A stretch of 60,000 nt of DNA from Camelus dromedarius (taxonomy: Eukaryota), in contig NC_087436.1 of the NCBI RefSeq assembly GCF_036321535.1, positions 74,712,001 to 74,772,000 of the forward strand. Direction: 5' to 3'. The position numbers and the translations under genes are program-made. This document shows, piece by piece, positions 49,943 through 60,000 of this stretch. The stretch's first letter is position 1. Each line of letters begins with the position of its first letter. The notes below the pieces were generated by a model, which was not told where the DNA came from, did not search any database, and saw only the letters and a list, made by a program, of their open reading frames with translations.

Positions 49943-50392
49943 CATATATATATGCAATGGAATATTTCTCAGCCATAAAAAAGAATGAAATGATGCCATT
50001 TGCAGCAACATGGATGGACCTGGAGATTGTTACACTAAGCCAGAATGAGAGAAAAATACCATATGGTTCACTTATGTGGAATCTAAAACATGACACAAAT
50101 GAACTTATTTACAAAAGACTCACAGACATAGAAAATTTATGGTTACCAAAGGGGAAAGGAATAGGGGCAGGGATAAATTAGGAGTTTGGGATTAGCAGAT
50201 TCAAATTGCTATATCCAAAATAAGCAACTAGATCCTACTACATATAGCACAGGGAACCATATTCAATATCTTGTAATAGCCTATAATGAAAAAGAATATG
50301 AAAAGGAATATTTATATATGTATATAACTGAATCACTATGCTGTACTAGAAACTAACACAACTTTGTAAATGACTATGCCTCAATTAAAAAA
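48252..50392 (+). mobile_element. 5'-truncated L1 (RT through 3' UTR, disrupted)
   Basis: An RT-like motif (catgcagatgacatgata, ADDMI), ORF2 fragments DQWNRIE and [14 protein letters not shown]...CWRGCGEKG, and poly(A). The TSD is aaaatcagggaaag/aaaatttgggaaag. Confidence 0.95.
49847..49952. repeat. (TG)n(TA)n compound microsatellite within L1
   Basis: Direct reading: a TG run followed by roughly 35 TA units. Confidence 0.95.
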
Positions 50393-51100
50393 AAAATTTG
50401 GGAAAGAATTTAAATAGAAACAGATAAGTGGTCTGAGAATCGCTAGGGCAGCCTTCTCTTTTCTGCTTTCCTTTGCTGTCATACTTTTCTGCTCTTCCCT
50501 AGCATTCGGGAATTCCCCGAAGTCTTCCTGAGGACTGAGGAACCCAGGCTGGGCTACTCTCAGCAGGCTCTGAAACTCGGTCTGACAGACGGAAATGACT
50601 CCTGGCCCTTAGTGGTGAATGCACATGGAAAAGCTGTCTTTTCTAAATACCCTTCCCTCCATCTCTCCCTTCCTCTGACTCTGGCCCTTGAGACACTCCT
50701 TGGTTCTCATGTCCTACCACGTGGTGTACCTCTACACCTTCTCTCCACTTTTTGCAGATCACACCTCCAGATTGGCCATGCCTTCTGCCTTCGATCACTG
50801 TGCCGTAGAAGTCGCTGGTGGGTCCAAGATCCTTGAACTTTGGAACAAATACACCCTTCCTACCAAGATTGCCACCATGAACCAAGCCAACAACCTGGTG
50901 ATGCAGCCCTTGGTGCCACTGGGGTCTCCTTCTGCTTCCATCTTTAAGGCTGCAGGGATGTCGGGGCCCCATAATCCTGTACAGATTGGCAGGAGAGGCA
51001 GGGACGGTTGATGCCCACAGTTCAGCAGGAAGTAGATACCGAAGATGAGACCTTTGCCCCTGTTTGAAAGATTTGTCACTGCCAATCTGTCAGTGGGGAA

Positions 51101-51570
51101 TGTTGGGCCAACTGATATCCTTCAAGGTCCAGAGACCTCACTCCTGGGCTCTCAGATATCTGCCTGCAATCCCTCAACAGATAAAGTACATTCTTTACTG
51201 GGAATGTTTGCCCTAACAAGCTAAAAGCCCTAGGTAATGCCTAATCTCCCAATAGCTCAGGCTGGCTCATTTTAGGCCATCTTATCAGTCATAAGCCTCA
51301 CAGCCCTTCAGACCCTAAACCTCTTACCTCAACCACAGCCAATCAGACTTGTGCACGAGCTGATCAGGCACCTTGTGACTCTACCTTATAAAAAGACTCC
51401 AACTGGCCCTTGGTGCTCATGTAGCCTCCTCTCATCTGTGTGGCTTGCCATTGTCTATGGCAGTGTGCCCCTAATAAACTCCTTTTCTATTCCCCCACCC
51501 CCACCACAAAGTCTTGACATTGTAATGTACTATTTTGATGAGTCATGTCTTAGTAATCCTACCTTGCTCA
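51101..51570 (+). mobile_element. LTR of unassigned family (end approximate)
   Basis: Purine-rich agtggggaa precedes tgttgg. CCAAT (51339), TATAAAA (51387) and AATAAA (51473) follow in LTR order. Confidence 0.6.
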
Positions 51571-52431
51571 GAGGTCTTTGATCAAATAGTAGTTACGAGT
51601 TGTAATGAAGGCATACCCAGACATGGCCCTGGGACCTTCCCCACGCCTGTCTGTACAGGAACTGCTGTGACTGGACTTCTGAGTTTTCTTGAAACCTGAC
51701 TTCAAATGACAATTGAAATGTTGAAGTTGGGGGGGAAAGTCCTGCACACAGTCCAATATCAGAATTGGGAACCTGAGACTAAGCTGACAAGAGTTCCCTT
51801 GGTCCTTCTGGTAAAGGGTTGTCTTGTAATCAAGTCTGGGGCTAGAGAAGGACATGGAATTACAGTTGTCCTCAAAGGGTCTGTCTCACTCTGGCTGGCT
51901 TCCAAAGGGCAAGGATTTGAGGACTCCCTGAATAAATTCTTCCTTTGCTTTTATGGAGAAAGAAAGGCTGGGAGTCCTACTCTAACTGGGAAGGGGAACA
52001 GTGAAACATTGGATATATAGGAGCTGGAGAGGACTGAGGCCATGATCACTGGTTTAGATGGTCCAGAGGCCACATAGAATTGACTGTGCAGTGGATGGCA
52101 GGGAGAAGCCTACTGCACACCTACTTGGCCATGCATTCCTGCAGTGCTGACTGAATAGTCTTGTCATATCCCTAGAAGCCATGAGATGACCAAATTGTAC
52201 TATAGGTACAAAACTCCCATTGACATTATCAAGGTTTATACTAAGGGAAAGGAAATAGAGTTGGGGGTATATCATATAGAAGAATTTCTAGCATTTAAGC
52301 ACTCTGAAGACTTAAGTCTTATTTCCTTGCTATATTTTATAAAGAGTCAGCTGTTTCCTTGAATAAATGACAGATTCAAGGAGAAAACCAGTAAGTTACC
52401 AAGTTTACAATTAATCTATCAAAAATAGAAA

Positions 52432-54965
52432 GGAGAGGATTTGTGGTCAAGATGGCAGATTAGTAGGACCATGGGCTCGCCTCTCCTCGTGACTACAGCA
52501 AAACCACAACTGACTGCTAAACAACCATCAGAAAAAAAAGGACTGGAACCTAGCAAAAAAGATCCTTCAACTGGAAACATAAAGGGGGAACCACAGCAGG
52601 ATGGTAGGATGGGCTTGCTCACGATATAATCAGACCCCTTACCCCCTGGGTGGGTGACCCACAAGCTGAAGAATAACTAAGTCACAGAGGGCCTCCCACA
52701 GGAGAGAGTTCTGAGCCCCACGTTAGGCTGCTCAGCCCAGGGTTCTGGCATTGAGAGGAGGAGATGCCAGGACATCTGGTTTTGAAGGCCAGTGCAGCTT
52801 AACTCTAGGATCCCTATGGGACTAGGGGAAACAGACTTTATTCTCTTAGGAAGGATACACAGAATCTTGCGTGTGCCAGGTCCAACGGCAGACCTCATAG
52901 GAATCTGGGCCAGACCTGCCTGCTGGTTTTGGAAGTTCTCTTGGGGACATAGGGGACAGCTGTGGCTCACCCAGGGGACATAAAAGCTGTTGGTGGACAT
53001 TCCAGGAGTGTTCATCTACATGAGCTTTCCTAGAGGCTGACATCTTGATTGGATCATCAGCACCAAGACCCAGCCCTGCCCAACAGCCTGTAGGGAAGCC
53101 TCAGGCCAAACAACATACTGAGTGGGAACACAGCCACACCCACCTGCTGACTTCCTGAGCCATAAATGCCTTTAGACATGGCCCTACCCACGAGAGATCC
53201 AGGACCAAGATTCACTCAGCAGTGGGCAGGCACTGGCTCCTCCTTCTAGGAAACTTGCATAAGCCTCTAGTCCAGCCTCATTCACCAGTGGGCAGATACC
53301 AGAAATAAGAAAACAACAATCCCAAAGCCTATGGAAGGAATCCACAAACACAGACCAGACTCTACACTGGGACCAGCAGGCCACTGGCCCCTAGGTGACA
53401 AGAGATGAGTGTACTGCTAGGACACATAGGTCACCTCCCACAGCAGGCCACTTCTCCAAGGTCAAAACTAACCTACCTAAAAATACAAATAGAAAGACAA
53501 TATGACACAGCAGAGGGATATTTCCCAGGCCAAGGCACAAGATAAAATCCCAGAAGAAGAAATAAGTGAGGAGATAGGCAATTTATCTGAGAAAAAGGAG
53601 TTTAGAGTAATGATGGTGAAGATGTTTAGAGAACCAAGAGGAGTGTAGATGCACAGAATGAAGTTTTTAGCAGAAAGTTGGAAAATACAAAGAATACCCA
53701 GAGTTGAATAAAATTACTGAAATAAACAACACACTAGAAGGAACCAAGAATAGACTAAATGAGGCAGAAGGTGGATCAATGAGCTAGAAGACAGATTAGT
53801 GGAAATCACTACTGCAGAACAGGAAAAGAATGAAAAACGAGGATAGTTTAAGAGAACTCTGGGACAACATGAAGTGCACTAATATTCACATTATAAGGAT
53901 CCCCGAAAGAGAAGAGAGAAAGGACCTGAGAGATTTTGGAGAGATAACTGAAAACTTCCCCAGCTTGGGAAAGGAAATTACCCAAGTCCAGGAAGCATGG
54001 AGAGTTCCACACAGGATCAACCCAAAGAGGAACACAACAAGGCACATAGTAATCAAACTGACAAAAATCAAGGATAAGGACAAGATATTAAAATCAGCAA
54101 GAGAAAAACAACAAGTAACATACAAGGGGAGTCCCATAAGGTTATCAGCTGATTTTTCAGCAGAAACTCTATAGGCCAGAAGGGAGTGGCACCATATATT
54201 TAAAGTGGTGAAAGGGAAAAATTTACAACCAAGAATACTCTATCCAGCAAAGCTCTCCTTTAGATTTGACGGAGAAATCAAAGGCTAAACACAGATAAAC
54301 ATTTGTTATTTGTGTTCTTTTTGATGATGGCCATTCTGACAGGTGTGAGATGGTATCTTATTGTGATTTTGATTTGCATTACCCTGATATTTGATGTTGA
54401 GCAACTTTTCATGCTCCTGTTGGCCATCTGCACTTCCTCTTTTGGAAAAATGTCTGTTCAGTTCTTCTGCCCATATTTAAAATGGGTTGTTTATCTGCTT
54501 TTTAATTGAAATACATTTGATTTAAAATGTACGAGTTTTTGGTGTACAGCATGGATGGACTTGGAGGGCATTATGTTAAGTGAAGTAAGTCAGACAGAAA
54601 GACATACTGTAAGATATCACTTACATGTGGAACCTAAAACAATTACAACAAACGAGTGAATATAACAAAAAAGAAACAGACTCACAGATGTAGAGAAGGA
54701 AGTAGTGGTTACCAGCGGGGGGAGGGAAGGAGGAGGGGCAAGATGGAGGTGGAGGATTAAGAGGTACAAACTATCAGGTATAAAATAAGCTACAAGGATG
54801 TATTGTACAACATGGGGAATATAGCTAATATTTTATACTAACTATAAATGGACTATAACCTTTAGAAATTGTGAATCACTATATTGTATACATATAATAT
54901 TGTATATGAACTATACTTCAATTTAAGAAATATGATATTATAAAATACATAAAGTTAAAAAAAAT
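52432..54965 (+). mobile_element. Rearranged L1: 5' UTR and ORF1, inverted ORF2 piece, then 3' UTR (most of ORF2 missing)
   Basis: The 5' end reads ggagagg...caagatggc. ORF 53830-54174 (KNEDSLRELWDN...PHRINPKRNTTRHIVIK...PIRLSADFSAETL) is L1 ORF1. Antisense L1 lies at ~54300-54552 and the sense 3' UTR runs to an A tail. The TSD-like flanks are aaaaatagaaa/aaaaataggaa. Confidence 0.9.
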
Positions 54966-56834
54966 AGGAAATCAGTCTTGGCCCATATAACAAATCTACA
55001 GGGTTCTTACCTGTAGTTGTTGATAGTTTTAAAACCTTTGCTAGGGAATTGGTGAGTTACAAAAAAAAAAAAAAAAGGCTTGGGGCTTTGTCTGTTCTGG
55101 AGATTAGGGCTAGACACGGCTGGCTGCTCTAAGTTCAAATTGTGTCTTCTGTGGGTGGGTAATGTCAGATTTGCTTCCCCAGTATGCACTGGGATGTGCA
55201 CCTAAAGTAGTTAGAGGTCCTTTGGAATGGGAAGTGGGGTTGGGCAAGTGAGTTGGAAAACTGCTTAAACTGGCCCACAGCGTGATTCTGCTGTCCTTGT
55301 GATACAGAATTCCTGTTCTTTATAAAATACTACAAAGTTCTTTTGTAGCTACTTTCCTCCCTATCCCTTCAGTCTTATCCAAGGGAAGAAGAGGAACTGG
55401 GTTAATGAGATGAGGAACAGTTCATGGGGCATACCTAGCTGAACCCTTTTCTTTACTTTTTTCAGAGTAGAGCGCTCTCCAGTTTGTGTGGGAAACTGCT
55501 CTATAAGTGGGGTTTCTCCACCTTAGGATGGAAAGTTCACTCAACCTGGCTTAGGGGGACTATTTCTTCCAAGCTTGGTTCTGATCCAGTGTAACCGAGG
55601 TAGTCTGAACCTATGACTTGTGATCTAGTTTTCAATTGTTTCAGAATCACGTGGGGAAAGTGAGATAAATGGCACCTCAAATCCTGACCTGGAATCTGAA
55701 TTGCTGCAGTGCCATGACAAGATAGCCTAGAGAGGCAACAGCTACACTCTGCTGCTGGTCCTACATCCATGGCTCCATGTCAGGATACAAAAGAGTTGAG
55801 GCCAGGCTAAGGGTTTTCAAGTCTCCCAGTTGCTTCCAATGATGTGTGACACCAGCAGAGTAGCAGGGTGAGGCTCTCCTTCCTGGTGAGGGAATACCAC
55901 TCTCCTAGGCAGTTACTCTAAAGGTGCAGTCAGACCTGAAACTCAGCCAGGTCCTACTGCACATGGAAATGAGTGTAGGGTTCTTGGGCAATGGAGTATA
56001 TCAGAACTTCCGTGGTTCTCTATCAGAGAAATTCTAGGTAAGCATTTCTTCCCAGATAAGCTGGTTTGGGCACACAATGAGCTTGGCTTCCCAGGAAAGG
56101 GTCTAACTCTAACCTCCTGGGATAACAGACTTATCTGTTGGGTCTGGTCTATTCAGAAGGTCTTGGGGTTATTGAAAAGCTTCCAGTGCCACAGTGTGGA
56201 TTGAAGATGGTGTTCACACTCCACTTCCCATGCTATACTTAGTTCTTAACTTTTGTCAGAAGTAAATTCACAAGTGTCTACATCAGGCGTTGTCTAGATG
56301 AAAGACATCACTAAGGTCTTAGAGGCTGGGGTTTTTGCCTAAGAGGGAATGTCAGATTGGGTGGGTTAAACTGAGGGTAAAAATGAAACACTTCGAAGAA
56401 TACCTCTGCTGTGGTCAAGTCTAGGCAGGAGGGATTACAGTGGTAAGATACCTGACATACTGTTGGAGGACTCTCCCATTGTGGTAAGGGTTGAGAGTCA
56501 AGAGGGACTTCCTAGGACAAGCTTTGAGAAGCTTTTGGCAAGAGCTCTAGCACCTCTTGAGGTGGTGGTGGCAGGGGAAGGAAGTTTTTAATTATCCTGT
56601 GAGGCTGTTTCAGTAAGCCACAAATAGTTATCTGCTACAGAGCATGTCTGTCTTCAAGCCCATAGTGTTGAGATATTTTAGTCTCCAGTCACAGGAAAAA
56701 AGTCCCAGGTTCTACAGATACAGTGTCCTTTTAATGGCATTTTGCATTTCCTAAAACTCATTCACAAACAAGCATGTGAACTTTCAGTTATGGATTATGG
56801 CCAGTTTCTTGACTTGAGTTATGAGGACAGAAGT

Positions 56835-57314
56835 GTCCTTTGGATTTGATTTTGCATTTTAACATATTTGGTTGTAACTGAGTGCAGGTCTAGAGGGCAT
56901 GCATTCACAGGCAGGCAGTCCTAGCAGGAGGATGAAGCTGGGGTTGGGAAGGAGAGATGGAACAGGAGCAGGCTGAGAAAACCTTGACACTTCATTGCAG
57001 CACCTGAGAAAGAAGGGGAAGACTAGGAAGAGCCTGGGACTGCAGTCCAGCTCTGCAGTCTAGTCTTGGCCATCCTGAGAGGGAGTTCTAGTACTAAGAT
57101 GGCCAGTAGAGGACTCTCAGATTGGGTAGAAATGATGAGTACTGCCCTGTGCTCAGTGTTTGACTAATCGCTTCCTGGGAAGAAGATATTCTAGGCTTGA
57201 TTAGTATAGCAGATCCTGAAGCACTATGGCAGAAAGCTGTCAGCTGACTCCAATGTTTCTAGCAGGTTCTGCCCTGAGGGGAGATTTGAGGGGCATGGTC
57301 CCCTGGCTACAGCA
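56835..57314 (-). mobile_element. ERVL-class 3' LTR (start approximate)
   Basis: It is similar to the LTR at 16604 (cagctgac...gggagatttgaggggc) and is directly followed by gttcatcccct, the reverse complement of an ERVL-type PPT. Confidence 0.6.
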
Positions 57315-59420
57315 GTTCATCCCCTGTGCTGTACAGACACACTTCTCCATGCTCTTCTGGGAAACTCCTTTATGGTTTGTGGGCTCCTCTTCCTGAGAAG
57401 TCTCATAAGAGGGAGATGAGTGGGAATTACAGCTCCCACTGCTGTAACTACTCTCTAGGCTGGACGGGTACTTACCTCCCCCCTCCACTAACCATTCTAA
57501 ATATTCTCACCCTCAGTTATCACCCTTGCATGTCATGATTGTAGAGACTGAATCTCTTATGCCTGAAGGACCTACTGTGATAGAGGCCATTCTCTTCACA
57601 GGCCAGGGTTTCCACGTTTATCTACTCAGTTATAATTGGGCCAAGGGTATGCAGAGAAGTACCCAGTTAGATCACCCTAGTTGCATAGACATTATTTCGC
57701 CATTATTGTAACAGCAACATCACCTCCTCTTGATCAAGGTTAATTAATCTTTCTGTAACGGTGACTTTTTCTTGACTGGTTCTTGGGCACAGAATCAAAT
57801 ACCATGGTAGCAGGTTATAGCTTGTGGTTCAGTGAAACCCATTGTGGGTCCTTTGCTAAGACTGCATACCTTTTGTGGACAATCATCTTTAACTCTGTCA
57901 AGCCAGGAGTTGCAGGGATGAGAATCAGAGTTCCCCAGTGGGTCACTGGGAGTGATGGTAGGTCGGGTACTCCCTGGTTCTAGGACCCATGTAGTTGTCT
58001 TTCTGGGGACAAAGTATATAGACGTCTGACTTGTATATGAATTGTTTCCTGGAGGATGGCATCACATTATGCAATGTATTGTCTAGCAGCTGATAATTAT
58101 GTTTTCTTTCAGCAGGATACAAACACTGAGGCCAGAAGCTTCTGGGTGGTACAATATGTGAAGTGACCAGTGGATCTCATGGTCCATCCCAAACTCTTTG
58201 CTTTGAGTTGGGTCCCCTGGTTACAAGCTATGAAGTGCAATTTTTTGTAGATCCCATGTACACACAAATAGTGGTGCTGATTGAGTCTTAGAGGCTGAGA
58301 AGGCAAACCCATGCCCAGAACAGATGGTTATTACTGTGGGAAGCAACTTCAGGCCCTAGGATGCAAGGTGCTCAGTGTAGTTGGCTTGCCATAAAGCATT
58401 TTGGAATTGAAGAGTAAATGAATACTGTCCATCTTAGCATCTTAGGCTTCAGTGCTGATCTCTGTTGCTGGCAGATTGGACATCCATAGGCAGTAGCTAG
58501 GTTGCTATGGTAAGAGCAAATGTGTAAACTTGGGCCCATCTGTAGGTTCTATCTCTGTCACTGTGGCCACTTGATTCATTCATACAGTTCAACTGAAAGT
58601 TTGGCTGATGTCAGGGGCAGTCTCTGTATCTACTTGGTTATTTAGTGCCTTCCCTGTGGATCTTTTCTGGTGAGTGTTAACATGAGAAAAAAAATCATGC
58701 TTCATGCCCACTCCCATATGTCCATCCACATTCCTCTACCCAGTATCTCCTTGTCTTTGATCTTCAGTTGTCTTCCTTGCAGGCTGCTAACTGGATAGCT
58801 AGGCTGTTGCCCATGTGTTCCTGCACGTTCTCACCTCAGGCCCCTTCATACAGATGGTCAGATGTACTGCTTGAAACCTCATCTTCTGGGAGTCAAGGCT
58901 AATAGTTGGCCGAACTTGAAGTAGTCCAGTCACTCTCCAGTACCTATTTAGTTTAATCCTGGGCTAGGAGTATAGAATTAAACTGAGATACAAGGACCAC
59001 CAACCCTTTTGCTTGATTCCTAAGGATAACACTAATCTTGGCCATACCTCAGGCAATATGTTTGCCCCTAAACCCAGTTGAGATATTACACCAGTTTCAG
59101 AAAATGAGTCACTTGCTTTACCCACAGGGATAGCTCTTATTTCATATGCCAAGGATCCTATGTAGGGGTTATTCCAAATGCCAATCAAGTGTGTTAATCT
59201 CAATTCTATTTAGACAAGAGTAATGAGTTCTGGGTGGGTCCCCAGGTCAGTTATCAGCCAAACATTGGTCAGGACTCTGTTTATTATTACCCCCATATAT
59301 CTGTAATGATGTTTTCGGTCATGATGTTTTGGGTCTCCAGGTATTAGTGTCAACTCAGATCATAGGTCCAAAAGATACCCTTTTTCCTTGGGACAGTAAG
59401 CTCACTAAATGCTTCTAGAA
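57315..59420 (-). mobile_element. Decayed ERVL-class internal region (HERV16/ERV3-16A3-like): protease and pol/dUTPase remnants
   Basis: The minus strand near 59330-59400 reads LLDL*SELTLIPGDPKHH, an ERVL protease-like motif. A dUTPase-like region lies near 57600-57780. Confidence 0.75.
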
Positions 59421-60000
59421 CCATGGTACTTCTCTAGGCATTGACAGTTGTCTCAGGATGAACCCATTGTAGGGTGCCTTGCCTTTAATGAACACATAAG
59501 AACTTCCTTTTAGTTTCTTGTTGTGCCTTTCCAACATTGGACATCTCAAAGTATGGTTCTCCCTATACCAGATTCAGAGACATGAATGTGATTCATTTTG
59601 ATGGGCTTAAGGCCATGGAGACCTGCTTTTGGGTTGGTATGCTCTGGCAAGTTCTTCATGGGTGATAAGTTCATGTCCAGTGTTCACATGGAACACTTCA
59701 GCAGTTGAAGATACCTGACCCCATGCCCAGTGGCAGGGTGCTTTCTCCTGGAGTGGTGGAAGAAACTAGAGACTGCACACAGGGTTGGGAGATTTCAGAT
59801 GTTGAAACCGTCTAGGCCTTTAGGAAGAATCTAGCTCTAATGTGTTTCAGCAATGTGTTTCTGTGTGCCTGAGAGGCTGAAATTCTGAGCAGCTACACAT
59901 AAGCTGTGTTAAGAGAAACTTCTAAAATGAACTTTGCTAACTTCACTAAGGAATTTGAGGCTTAATGGCTATCCCAGAGGTTCTCTGGAACACTACAACA

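Noticed and set aside
48915..50181. Long ORFs (187, 133, 138 and 117 aa), including poly-IY stretches
   Set aside because: These are sense and antisense frames of a decayed L1 and a TA microsatellite.
1..60000. A novel multi-gene system, CRISPR array or operon
   Set aside because: The sequence is spliced mammalian DNA dominated by retroelements. No regularly spaced repeat-spacer array or cluster of real ORFs was seen.

Overview
This is mammalian genomic DNA, not prokaryotic. It is very probably a camelid (alpaca/vicuna/camel), inferred from five copies of a tRNA-Ala-derived vic-1-type SINE. The first ~3.75 kb holds the 3' end of CCNG2 (cyclin G2) on the + strand: the last two coding exons and the 3' UTR. 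The remaining ~56 kb is repeat-rich intergenic DNA. It contains a full-length 7SK retrocopy nested in an LTR (~11 kb) and a TSD-flanked processed pseudogene of TMEM68 (~43.3-45.6 kb). It also has many L1 fragments (some structurally complex), ERV/MaLR/ERVL LTRs, an ERVL internal remnant, MER5A and Tigger1-derived DNA transposons, and MIR/L2 relics. I found no convincing novel multi-gene system. The best leads are a CCAAT-GC-TATA promoter-like module at ~29.3 kb, an unexplained splice acceptor + ORF + LTR poly(A) unit at ~50.7-51.5 kb, a possible tail-truncated CCNG2 isoform, and an apparent excess of micro-deletions right of ~33 kb. Repeat family names come from memory of consensus sequences, and boundaries of old repeats are approximate.
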